Shown here: positions 53,420 through 64,000 of the stretch, one piece after another
Layout: the number at the start of each line of letters is the position of its first letter
Position numbering within the stretch: position 1 is the first letter of the stretch
DNA from: Octopus sinensis
Lineage: Eukaryota
NCBI RefSeq assembly: GCF_006345805.1
Contig: NC_043006.1
Span: forward strand, 64,542,001 to 64,606,000
Reading direction: 5' to 3'
Length of the DNA: 64,000 nt
Translations under genes and position numbers: made by a program
The notes under the pieces: generated by a model
What the model was told of the DNA's origin: nothing
The model's input: the letters and a program-made list of their open reading frames with translations, nothing else
Database searches by the model: none

Positions 53420-53800
53420 CTACGTGTTCATATTCGGAGTTTCACTGGGAATGCCAGCTCACATGTGGTCCCTGATCACATGCATACACACTTTGGAGTA
53501 GTGCGACCCGTACCAGCTCATCTTACCATCAATCGTCGACCATCGCAGAAGATTTGCTGAGCAAGTCACTGCCGATTATCGGAGTAGACATAGCTTGAGT
53601 TTGAAGTAGGTTCTAGAGAAATGCTTTAACAAAAGCTAATCAGTTCCTCGTCCCCGGTGGTCTTCCAGCACGCCCCGGACACCAACCCAGAATTTCTGGA
53701 GGCCCATGCTATTGCTAGATAGTCATTGAACCTACATTAGGTCCATCCGTCCTTTTGACTGGTCTTGTGTTTAGTCCTGCTGAATTTCTACCAACAGCCC
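53420..53800 (+). mobile_element. possible highly degraded Gypsy-type integrase fragment
   Basis: VPDHMHTHFGVVRPVPAHLTINR loosely resembles VPDxRFxHVHIDxVGPLP..LTxxDR; downstream GHQPRISG loosely resembles AYHPQxNG. Weak. Confidence 0.25.
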
Positions 53801-54149
53801 TCACCAGGCAAGCCTAGTGAAGGTTTAGTCAATGATGACCCGACTATGTAAGAGGTTGTAGTAGATTCCATGTTACCAGTAGCACTCATGAGAGATTTCA
53901 CAGGTGACCTGACAGGTTGGGAAGTAAATTTCTTTCATATATAGGCAAAATAAAAAGAAAATTTAAAAAAAAGAAAAAAATAACAGAGATCAATTAGAGA
54001 TATAACAAAAGACTAAGTCATAATCCTTCGATAAATTGCTTATCAATGCTCGATGAGTTCTGGCTCTCAATGGTCCAGAAGCTCTACGCCTGGTGATTCA
54101 CATTCTATAAACATACACACCGTTCCTCCCGCGTCATTATTTATCGTTA

Positions 54150-54530
54150 AAGGCGGCGAGCACGCCGGGCGAAATGCGTAGCCGTATTTCTTCTGCCGTT
54201 ACGTTGTGAGTTCAAATTCCGCCGAGGTCGACTTTGCCTTTCATCCTTCCGGGTTCGATTAAATAAGTACCAGTTACGCACTGGGATCGATGTAATCGAC
54301 TTAATCCGTTTGTCTGTCCTTGTTTGTCCTCTCTGTGTTTAGCCCCTTGTGGGTAGTAAAGAAATAGGTATTTCGTCTGTCGTTATGTTCTGAGTTCAAA
54401 TTCCGCCGTAGTCAACTTTGCTTTTCGTCACTTTGGGGTCGATGAATTAAGTACCAGTGAAACACTAGGGACGATGTAATTGGCTAGTCCCCTCCCCCAA
54501 ATTTCAGGCTTTGTGCCTATGGTAGAAAAT
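54150..54530 (+). mobile_element. dimeric family B SINE (young unit + older unit)
   Basis: The young unit ends gggtagtaaagaaata and is followed by GGTATT (54367-54372) and a second body and tail. Confidence 0.9.
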
Positions 54531-54618
54531 ATTATTCACCGTTATTCCCAGATCCCAGATTGCTTTTTCCAGATTTGCAATTTACCTTTATTTGTGTTTC
54601 TCGTTTAGGATTTTTTCG

Positions 54619-54810
54619 GTTGCAATGACAGATTATTTCCAAATTTCGGTATACCGATTTAGCAGTTAATAAACTTTTACAGCTTGTAAATTTGGCCAAT
54701 ATTTTAGCCAATCGAAAGCCACAAATAATACCCACGACTGTAAGTTTCACATTGTTGTCTGCTACCATAGTAACAAACAAAGCTGTAGTCTGCCCTGTTT
54801 TCATCGTAAC
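54619..54810. promoter_or_regulatory. candidate RFX X-box / NF-Y promoter-like cluster
   Basis: GCTACCATAGTAAC 54761-54774, GTTTTCATCGTAAC 54797-54810, GTTGCAATGACA from 54619, CCAAT at 54696 and AGCCAATCG around 54708. Confidence 0.4.
54683..54739 (+). CDS. candidate 57-nt coding exon (unidentified)
   Basis: Acceptor aaacttttacag| and donor ACT|GTAAGT. Phase 0 reads LVNLANILANRKPQIIPTT; phase 1 reads CKFGQYFSQSKATNNTHD. Confidence 0.35.
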
Positions 54811-55294
54811 AAGAACGCTGTACTTGCACATCTGTGACACTTTTACCAGCGAAGCCATCACAAATTTGGAGGAACGATATCCTTTTGTGCCTGTGTTATT
54901 TCTGTTTGTCAGTTTGTATAAGTATATATACACACATACAATATATACATACATATGCATAAAAACATGCATACAAACATGCATACAAACATGCATACAT
55001 ATATACATACATATGCATACATACATACATATGCATACATATGCATACAAACATGCATACATATACATACATACATATACATACATACACACACGCGCAC
55101 ACACGCAGGCACACACACACACGCACACATGCACGCACGCACACACACACACCCACACACACATAATATATAGATCACAACTGTCCAACGAACGGGAACG
55201 TGGAGCTCTAAGTAACAGTTCTGTGATAATTTTGCAGCTCTAATAAAATGCATATTACTCTACCTTTGGTATTCGAGTACTATTTTTCTCCACC

Positions 55295-55300
<6 letters not shown>

Positions 55301-55384
<84 letters not shown>
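55301..55384. repeat. pure (TG)42 microsatellite
   Basis: Seen directly. Confidence 0.97.
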
Positions 55385-55385
<1 letters not shown>

Positions 55386-55748
55386 ATGACTGTGATTAAA
55401 GGAACTCTCTTTAAAACTACAATTTTGGATTCAGTCCACTGTACGGCATCTACGGCAATGTCTCCAACTATCGTCCCCGACCAACCAATGCCTAGTGAAT
55501 GACTGGTAGACGGAAACTGTGTGGAAGCCCGATGTATATATATACATATCTGCATTAGCGCGCGTGTGTGCCTTTGTATTTATGTTTGCCCCACCCACTA
55601 TCGTTTGACAACCAGTGTTGGTTTATTCATATCCTCGTTACTTTGCGGTTCGTCAAAAGGCAGAGATAGAATAAGTACCAGATTTTTTTTTTAAATTACG
55701 ACTGGCGGTGCCTCAGTATGGTCGCAGTCCAATAACTCAAACAATACC

Positions 55749-55983
55749 TATTTCTTTACAACCCGCAAGGGGCTAAACACAGAGAGGACTAACAAGGACA
55801 GACAAGCGGATTAAGTCGATTACATCGACCCCAGTGCGTAACTGGTACTTAATTTATTGACACCGAAAGGATGAAAGGCAAAGTCGACCTCGGCGGAATT
55901 TGAACTCAGAACGTAGCGGCAGACGAAATACGGCTACGCATTTCGCCCGGCGTGCTAACGTTTCTGCCAGATCGCCGCCTTAA
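55749..55983 (-). mobile_element. full-length young family B SINE monomer with 15-bp TSD
   Basis: aactcaaacaatacc at 55734-55748 and 55984-55998; inserted in the 3' end of a family A SINE (about 55420-55733). Confidence 0.92.
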
Positions 55984-56098
55984 AACTCAAACAATACCAT
56001 CGTAATTTGGTGTTACCATTGCAGTTAGAGGGAGAGAAGTGGTAGAGGAAGGAAAGAAAGAAAGAGAGAGAGGGGGAGAGAGAGAGAGAGAGAGAGAG

Positions 56099-56129
<31 letters not shown>

Positions 56130-56175
56130 AAAGGAAGAAAGAATCTCGTATTAATCCTGGATATGACCGAAACAG

Positions 56176-56389
56176 CTATAACAAACCGTAATGGCCGCAA
56201 GACAGACTCTTGTGATACTCCATCATTCGGAGACCAACGGCTACTGGAACTTGGCTCATGAATCGGAGACCGAATTTAGATGAATGAACAAGATAGCTCG
56301 GCCATAACTCGTTCATCATGTCAATAGGGTACGTTATCCTTTCTGATATCTGGGATGCCAGAAACGATAGAAGGTTCCAAATGACATAA
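56176..56389 (-). CDS. candidate coding exon, 70 open codons (unidentified)
   Basis: Acceptor gttctctgcatattttcag| followed by YVIWNLLSFLASQISERITYPIDMMNELWPSYLVHSSKFGLRFMSQVPVAVGLRMMEYHKSLSCGHYGLL*. No clear donor. Confidence 0.25.
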
Positions 56390-56706
56390 CTGAAAATATG
56401 CAGAGAACTTGCAAGTGCCGGCCATATTCTATGAGGTGGTCGTGGCAGATGAAGATGATGTATGTTAGTATATTCGGTAATGTATGTGTGTGTGTGTGTG
56501 TGTGTCTGTGTGTATACGTGTGTGTATGTGTGTCTCTGCCTGTTTGCATGTGTCTATATGTGTGTGTATAGAGGGAGAAAGAAAGAGAGAAAGAGAGAGT
56601 GAGAGAAAGAGTGTGTGTGTGTACAGCCACGTATGCATATGTGTATGTGTGTGTGTATCTGTGTGTGTGTGTACAGCTATATGTGAGTATCGGAGTGAGA
56701 AATTTA

Positions 56707-56772
<66 letters not shown>

Positions 56773-56922
56773 TGTGTGTGTGTGCAGATGGCCAATCTGA
56801 TAGGATGCAGGTCAACCACCCAAGAGGTCGGAAACTCGTGTTTTGGTATTTCGTTCCTGGCACAACATTGTACCAGTGGTCAGCGCACTTACATGTCAGC
56901 TCACTGCTCATATTGTGTGTGC

Positions 56923-56967
<45 letters not shown>

Positions 56968-57097
56968 GTATATGTATATAAAGTATGTCTTTCTAAATGC
57001 GCTGCATATATACATTTAATTATGTGTGATGAATTTGGGGATGCATACATGTGTGTTTGAGAGTCTGTATGTGTATGTATGCGTGTGTATATTTACG

Positions 57098-57141
<44 letters not shown>

Positions 57142-57459
57142 GTACGTATGTATGTCTGTATGTATGCATTATCTATTTATACACACGCATACATACAGAC
57201 ATACATACATATATTTCCTTGTAACTACGCGCGCGCGCGCGCACGCACTCTCACACACACACACACCACACACACACACACACATGATGCGAGTGCAAAT
57301 ATGTTAGGCTTGATTGTGATTTCCTTATATCTTAACCTCCTTCTTCTGAATTGGTAAATTTTGGTGAATCGCTTACTTAGATGTAGTTTGGTTGTTTGGT
57401 TTTCTTCATGAGTAACCTAAGCACAAACAATGCTTAGATGTTCTTTTCCACTCTAGACA

Positions 57460-57842
57460 CAAGTCCCGAAATTTTGGGGGCTGGTGGCCAGTCGATTAGA
57501 TCGACCCCAGTACGCAAATGGTACTTAATTTATCGACTCCGAAAGGATGACAGGCAAAGTCGACCTCGGTGGAATTTGAACTCAGAACGTAACGGCAGAC
57601 GAAATACCTATTTCTTTACTACCCACAAGGGGCTAATCACAGAGTGGACAAACAAGGACAGACAAACGGATTAATTCGATTATATTGACTCCAGTGCGTA
57701 ACTGGTACTTATTTAATCGACCCCGAAAGGATGAAAGGTAAAGTCGACCTCGGCGGAATTTGAACTCAGAACGTAGCGGCAGACGAAATACCGCTAAGCA
57801 TTTCGCCCGCTGTGCTAACGATTCTGCCAGCTCGCTGCCTTA
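57460..57842 (-). mobile_element. dimeric family B SINE
   Basis: Young unit 57609-57842 joined at aatacc 57603-57608 to a second unit. Confidence 0.9.
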
Positions 57843-57905
57843 ATATTGCTTGGATATTGGTATCTAATTGTGGTAGGTTCTATCACACACACACACACAC
57901 ACACA

Positions 57906-57938
<33 letters not shown>

Positions 57939-59277
57939 TAGATGCATAAAACTGACTGAACGAATACAAGCTTAAGACCAGTTCAAATATGTTTGAGAGC
58001 TATTTGGACCTATAAAGGTTTTTTACTGAAGTTTGTCGTGAACAAAAAACTTCTCGCTCTTGACAAAAAGATAAGTGTGAGCTAACTCTTTTGTAACGCC
58101 TTTTTCTCCAAATATCACCCGAATATATTTCGATTTGCCTTCATTTTGTATTCTTTCAGTCAAAGCTTCGCGCACCATCACCCCACCCCCACCATTACCA
58201 TCATTGCCGCCGCCGCCGCCACCACTGCCACTTTCATCACCACCGCCGCTACCACCTCTGCCACCACCGCCGCTGCCGCCTCCACCGCTGCCAACACCAC
58301 AATCACCACCGTCGCTGCTGGGTTAATCAAGTACATCGACTCGGTGTTCAACCGGTACCTTATTTTTGTCGACCTCGAAAGAATGAAAGGCAACGTTGAC
58401 TTCAGCGGAATTTGAACTCTGAACGTAAGGAGGTGGAGGAAATGCTGCCAAGTATTTTGTTCGACTCGCTAACGAGTATACCAGTTCGTTGCCTTGAACT
58501 GAAAAACAATGATCCTTTTTCCCATGCGCACAAGTCCTGAAATTTGTGGGGAACTATCCGATTATATCAACCACTCCCTCTCCGTGTAATTGATACTTAC
58601 TCGCATTTTATCGACCCCGAAAAGATGAAAGGTAAAATCGACCTCGGCAGCATTTGAACTCAGAACGAAATGCCGCTGAGAATTTTGTCCGGTGTGAAGG
58701 AAAACATATCTGGCAGTTGTTAAGTTTTGCGTCCTAAATTTTAAGCATAAGGCTAAGAACAAGTTACGAAAATTAAGAAACACTGAGGGGAGAATAGGTT
58801 TAACGACAATTTTTTTTTAAATAATAAGTAAAACGAATTAATGTAATTTCATTAAAAATTTAAATTAACTTCAATTTCCTTATATGAAAGAGTAATTAGC
58901 GATGTTTGTATCCTTTGCTCCTTACAAGTTTTCTTTGAGGTCTTACGAAATACTGTTAAAAAACAAACAAACAAAAAACAAATGATTATAAGATTGTATT
59001 TTTTCAAAAATAATATTGGAAGGTGTTTTAATTGATTTATATATCTTTAACATTCATTAATAAATTTGTAATTAAATTTTGAGAGAAAAAATCGGAAAGG
59101 AAAAAAGTAAATGCAAATGACAGTTGAAACGAGACGAAAATGGCGGCTGAAAGCAACCATTCACAGTCACGTTAATCACACTTGGCTACAATTCAAAACT
59201 CAGCTCATTGAAACATCTGTGTTATTCATAGCTATCGCGCGTGCGTAGATACGCACACACGCACACACACACACATA

Positions 59278-59333
<56 letters not shown>

Positions 59334-59439
59334 CACACACATATATATGCGCGCGCGCATACACACGAAAGAGGCCGAGAGAGAATACCTTGCTCAGCAC
59401 TCTAGATAACGTTCTTTCAAATGCAGCGTTAACCAAAAC

Positions 59440-60005
59440 AGCGCTAAATGGGATCGGTCATTATTAAGTGGATAAAGTGACGAGTTAGCACAATCGTACT
59501 TTAATCTCATGCTTGATACCAGGTCTTTTCTTTCGAGGCGAAGAACTGAAGCTTCTGTTTCCTCTTGGTTGAAGAAGCGTTGCGAGTGCAGGATTTGAAC
59601 CATGGATTAGAACAAGTAATAATCTGAGGGAGATATTTTTTCGCACTCCTAGAATGCACAAGCAGTGGTTAAGCAAGGACCAGCTTCTGGAACCTGTCGC
59701 CAAACATGGATGCTTTGAACACATGGTGATGCTCTGCATCAGGTGGAATTATGAGCGGATAATGCACAAACGTTCGTTCCGGTCGAACCATCGATGCAAA
59801 CCTGTACTCCGAACAGCTGAAGTGCATATATGCCATTGTGCGGCAAAAATAGCTGGCAAGGTTAACAGAAAGCGAACTCTTCTGCAGCAAGACAACGGAA
59901 GACCTCGCAATGCTCGAACGAAATAAACTATAGGAACTTGAGAAAATCGGATTAATGCCATTCCGAGTATATAATCCGGACCTAACACCCTCAGACTGTG
60001 CACAC
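59440..60005 (+). mobile_element. mariner (DD34D) transposase pseudogene fragment
   Basis: QWLSKDQ..MVMLCIRWNYE..VNRKRTLLQQDNGRPR and YNPDLTPSDC match mariner KVMLCVWWD, LLHDNARPH and YSPDLAPSDY; frameshifts and stops present. Confidence 0.85.
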
Positions 60006-60039
60006 GATGGTCTCTTTATCGACTTAGCACGATATATGT

Positions 60040-60290
60040 GCATCTGTGTGTGTGTGTGTGTGCATGTGTGCGTGCGTGTGTGTGTGCATAAGTGTGTGTG
60101 AGTGTGTGCGTGTGTGTGTATGTATGGTGTATGTGTGTGAACGAGCGCGCGTGTGTGCGTGTGAGAGTGTGTGTAGGTATGTGTATGTGTGTGAGTGTGT
60201 GCGCGTGTGTATACGTAAACGTGCACGCGCACGTGTATGTGTGTGTGAGTGTGCGTGCATATGTGTATGAGAGTGCGTTTGTGTGTGTCT
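60040..60290. repeat. degenerate (TG)n/(CG) purine-pyrimidine tract
   Basis: Seen directly; source of several spurious ORFs. Confidence 0.9.
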
Positions 60291-61249
60291 TTGCATCAGT
60301 GTTTGCTCCCAACCACCACTTGACGACCGTTCTTGATGTGTTTAAGTCTCTGCAACTGTAGCAGTTTGGAAAAAGTGACCGATAGCATATATTCCAGGCT
60401 TACAACAAAAGTCCTGGGGGGAGGGGCAATTTGTTCGACTAAAATTCTTGAAGGCGGTGCCCCAGCATGGCCGCAGTCTACTGACCGAAACAAGTAAAAG
60501 ATAGAAGACAGAACGTATGAATGAAATTTCGTTGCTATTTATTGCAGTTTGAGCAACATTTGGTTTGTGTCATTCTACAGTAACCTCGATATAGCGATTT
60601 TAGATTTCACCCCCATCATCCTCATCCCATCCAGCTTACATCCCATTCAACTTGCATCTCAGTAACTTGAAATCGGATACAGATTACCTGGAGGTAGGAA
60701 TGAAGTCGATTTCAATATAACCCCGAGATTAAGCTAAATGGTGATAATCTGAAATCGCAACACCTGTCCGACCAGTCCTTTGGGTCAGAATTTGGTAGCT
60801 GGAAAGTGTGTAGAGCCCGTCATATGCTTGTATTTAAACTCTTCTAATGAGAGTTCAAACTGGTCACTAACAAAACGACAAGACATTTTGAGTTAAGAGA
60901 ATTCGCAGTGCTTGTAAATATGTAGTTTTGTCGGCATTCTAAATGCACATATCCAACTGCGTGCCTCTATTCACCTAAAGAATCTCAGATGAAGAATCTT
61001 TGGAATGTCTTAGAAATCTTCACTGCGCCACTAAAAGATTGGATTTGGAGAATCCGCGTCAGTTTCTTAGGCGTTTTTTCGAAACACTTTGTTTTTCTAG
61101 GTTTTTGTGAAAATTTGTAGGTACATAGCTTGATGTATGTATGTATGTATGTATGCATGTATGTATGTATGTACGTATGTATGTATGCATATATGCATGA
61201 GTGTGTGACTACACATAGAAATGTGTGTGTGTGTGTACACTAGGGTTAT

Positions 61250-61410
61250 GACTTTTTCAGAACCTAATAAACCCTATACTGTAATTCGATTAATAATTTC
61301 ATAAAAGTCAGGAAACTAACATTTATTTTGCTTTATTTCAAAAAAACATCACCCCCAACTTAAGAAATGGATCACCACTTTTGACCCAACTCATGCACAT
61401 TTCTAGTGGG
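61250..61410 (-). mobile_element. possible mariner transposase C-terminal remnant
   Basis: Minus strand VHELGQKW*SIS*VGGDVFEIK resembles GIxKLxxRWxKCxxxxGDYxEK. Confidence 0.4.
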
Positions 61411-62523
61411 GTTAATAACACCTGCTCAAATTTTTACTAAACTTGGTGTACTGACTCAATGCAATGCAGAAATAGTATATCTGAAATATAGCACTAGCTT
61501 CGCACTTCAGTATTTCCGCTGCCAAAATCCTTGTAGACGCAAGAGCGATGTATAATAAAAGTGTACTTATACATTTTTAAGATTACTGAATTGAAATTGC
61601 TCTACGCAAAGGTTCAAAACTAGGTTATTTCAACTCAGAGGCTACTATAAGCATTCGATTACATACAAAATTTAAAGCAATACATATTTTTAACTTTATA
61701 GGTTTAATTCCAATTTTAAATAACTGTATAAGAAAAAGGGTGCTGAATATTAGCAAATTTTTAAACGTAACAAAGAATTAATATGTTTTGTCAGATAAAA
61801 TAAATCGAAGCTGAAGTTTCTCCTTTTTACGAACATCATAAAGATCTTGAAGGCACTTGATAGCACGTTCTGCACTCTGATTTGTTCTGAGAATTTCCAG
61901 TTTTGATGGTTCTCAACTTACAGAGTTCAATGCTTTTTTATGAACTTGCAGGCTACCACATATCTTCTGATAATCATGTGTATTGAACATTTGCTCAGTA
62001 AACCAAAAATCTGCGGAGCTATAAGAGATGAATCGACAAACATTGAAAAGCAAAACTCTTTTCTTCAGTTGGGAGTGACGTTTTTTTTAAAAAAAAACAT
62101 AAAATAAAGGTTACCTTCCCCACTTTATGAAATTGTTCATCGACTTTTGATACAGGAAATTGTTTACTTCCAAAAGAAAAAAAAAAGTCATACCCCTCGT
62201 GTGCACATACATATATACGTGCGTGTGTGTATTTGCGTGGGCGTATTTTCGTTCTTGTCCCCTCTCCCACCACTGCTTGACAACCGCAGTTGGTTTGTTT
62301 GCGTCCTCATAACAAACGGTTCGGGAAAAGAAAACCGATTCAGGAAGTGTCGAACTTAAAGGAAGCAACCGAGTCGATCTATGCGCCCAATCTGAACCCT
62401 TCGAAGCAATGGTCGCAGTCCAATGACTGAGACAAATAAAAGAACGGAAGAGTAGATATTTTCAGTAGACAAGCAGAAGAGTGTGTATGCATACATATAT
62501 TGAATGAATATGTTTATGTATGT

Positions 62524-62808
62524 GAAGGCACATGGCCTAGTGGTTAGAGCAGCGGACTCGCGGTCGAGGGATCGCAGGTTTGAATCTCAGACCGGGCGAT
62601 GTGTGTATTTATGAGCGAAGCACCTAAGCTCCATGCGGCAGAAGGTAATGATGAACCTCTGCTGACTCTTTCGCCACAACTTTCTCTCACTCTTTCCTCC
62701 TGCATCTTGCAGCTTGCCTGCGACGGATCGTCCAGGTGGGGAACCTATACGCCAAAGAAACCGGGAAACCGGACCTAAGAGCCAGGTGTGGTTTGAGAAG
62801 GAACAAAC
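62524..62808 (+). mobile_element. tRNA-derived SINE, family C
   Basis: Head tggcctagtggttagagcagcggactcgcggtcg...ggtttgaatctc is nearly the same as the 9013 copy. Confidence 0.85.
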
Positions 62809-62821
62809 ATGTTTATGTATA

Positions 62822-63200
62822 GACAGGTATGGCTATGTGATTAAGAAGCTCGTTTTTCAACTACGTGGTTTTGAGATTCAGTCGCACTTCGCGGCAACTT
62901 GGGCAGGTATCATCTATACCTCCGGATCAACCAATGCCTTACCAGTAAAGAGAAACTGCGCGGAAGCCCTTCATGTGTGTGTGTGTGTGTGTGTGGTGTG
63001 TGTGTGTGTGTGTGTGTTTGCGTCCCCCTACCGCCATTTGACTACTGGTATTGCTTTACGTGCTAACAACTTAGCGGTCCGGCAAAAAAGACCAACAATA
63101 AGTATAAGGATCAAAAGTAAATACAAAAATCAATTTGGTGGACTAAAAGGGTTTTTATTCGAACAGGAACCCTCGTCGTCGTAACCGACGGAGTGCCACA
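62822..63200 (+). mobile_element. family A SINE fused to a family C tail
   Basis: cttgggcaggtatcatctatacc core and internal (TG)n, then gaaccctcgtcgtcgtaaccgacggagtgccac. Confidence 0.7.
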
Positions 63201-64000
63201 ATGAATGTATATACAAACAAAAACATCACAGAAAGGTGAAGTAGAAGGAAGGGAGGAGGTAGAGGGTTAAAACTCACAAACTACTCCTTCTTTCTTATCT
63301 TCCTTCCTTCCTTCTTTCTTTTCTTTCCTTTCTTCCTCTGTTTTGCCTGAATTATAGTCTACTTGGGTGGTAGAGGAGGCGGGGACGGGGGAAGTTGTGT
63401 AAACCTATATTTTCGTCTCCATGGAGTCAGTAGAATTTATGGCAAAGGTCACCACCAGGTGGCTTACACCATAAATTCGTCATTTTAACGGAAATTTCGT
63501 TAAAAGAAAGCTGATAAACGATAAAAAAAATCTAAAATGATATTTATTTTCTTTACTTGCACTCCATCTTTCCCACCATCACCACAACCAATTATATTTG
63601 TCTAACATTATTCACTAGAAATAGCAGTTAAACTTCCCTCTTATCATGCATGGGCTCCTTGCATAGAAATAAAAAGACAGGCTGGTCATGGCTGGAATGC
63701 CTTTGATAATGGATCAGTTCCATCACAATTGATCTGGGTTCCTAATTTTGGTTGAAGGTCAACATTTTTGTTAAAGAAGAGAAAGTTGGCCAATACCATC
63801 GACTTAATTCGTACTTTGGACCCCTTATGTATGAAAGGCAACGTTGGCTCTGGCGGAACTTGAACCCAGAATGTAATGAGTCAGAAAACATACTGTTAGG
63901 CATTTCATCCGATGCACAAACGATTCTGCCATTTTCATGTCTTTCTGAGGTTAAACAATAACAATAACTGATAACCAACTTATTCATTGTATTATTATTT

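Noticed and set aside
54532-55188. Longest supplied ORF (218 aa) and similar ORFs (19097-19699, 49419-49997, 50356-50985, 59669-60232, 56334-56819)
   Set aside because: Their length comes from stop-free CA/TG/TA/CATA microsatellites ([12 protein letters not shown] runs); they are not protein-like.
56176-56389. Assignment of this frame to neprilysin/ECE (M13) or SLC25
   Set aside because: The diagnostic residues (RWxxC; PxDxxKxR) are missing and no further family exons are found in the window.

Overview
AT-rich, repeat-dense eukaryotic non-coding DNA, most likely from an octopod cephalopod (Octopus). That assignment rests on my recognition of the SINE families and microsatellite load, not on a search. 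No long genuine ORF is present: nearly all ORFs in the supplied track are read through (CA)n/(TA)n/(GATA)n/triplet tracts. The window contains dozens of tRNA-derived SINE copies from at least three families and remnants of non-LTR retrotransposons (an R4/Dong-like RLE element, a CR1-like 3' end, an RTE RT fragment and another RT fragment). It also holds mariner/Tc1 relics, including a 235-bp element with perfect 26-bp TIRs, a 768-bp tandem duplication and many microsatellites. A few short unique islands carry splice-site-bounded candidate exons on both strands and promoter-like motif clusters; no protein could be identified, so all gene models are tentative. I found no convincing novel multi-gene system. 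The best leads are: a young SINE subfamily apparently inserting at GGTATT, mostly inside its own family's Pol III head; a copy-specific fold-back palindrome in a SINE; a duplicated island with a long hairpin; an RFX/NF-Y-like motif cluster; and two unannotated spliced gene models.
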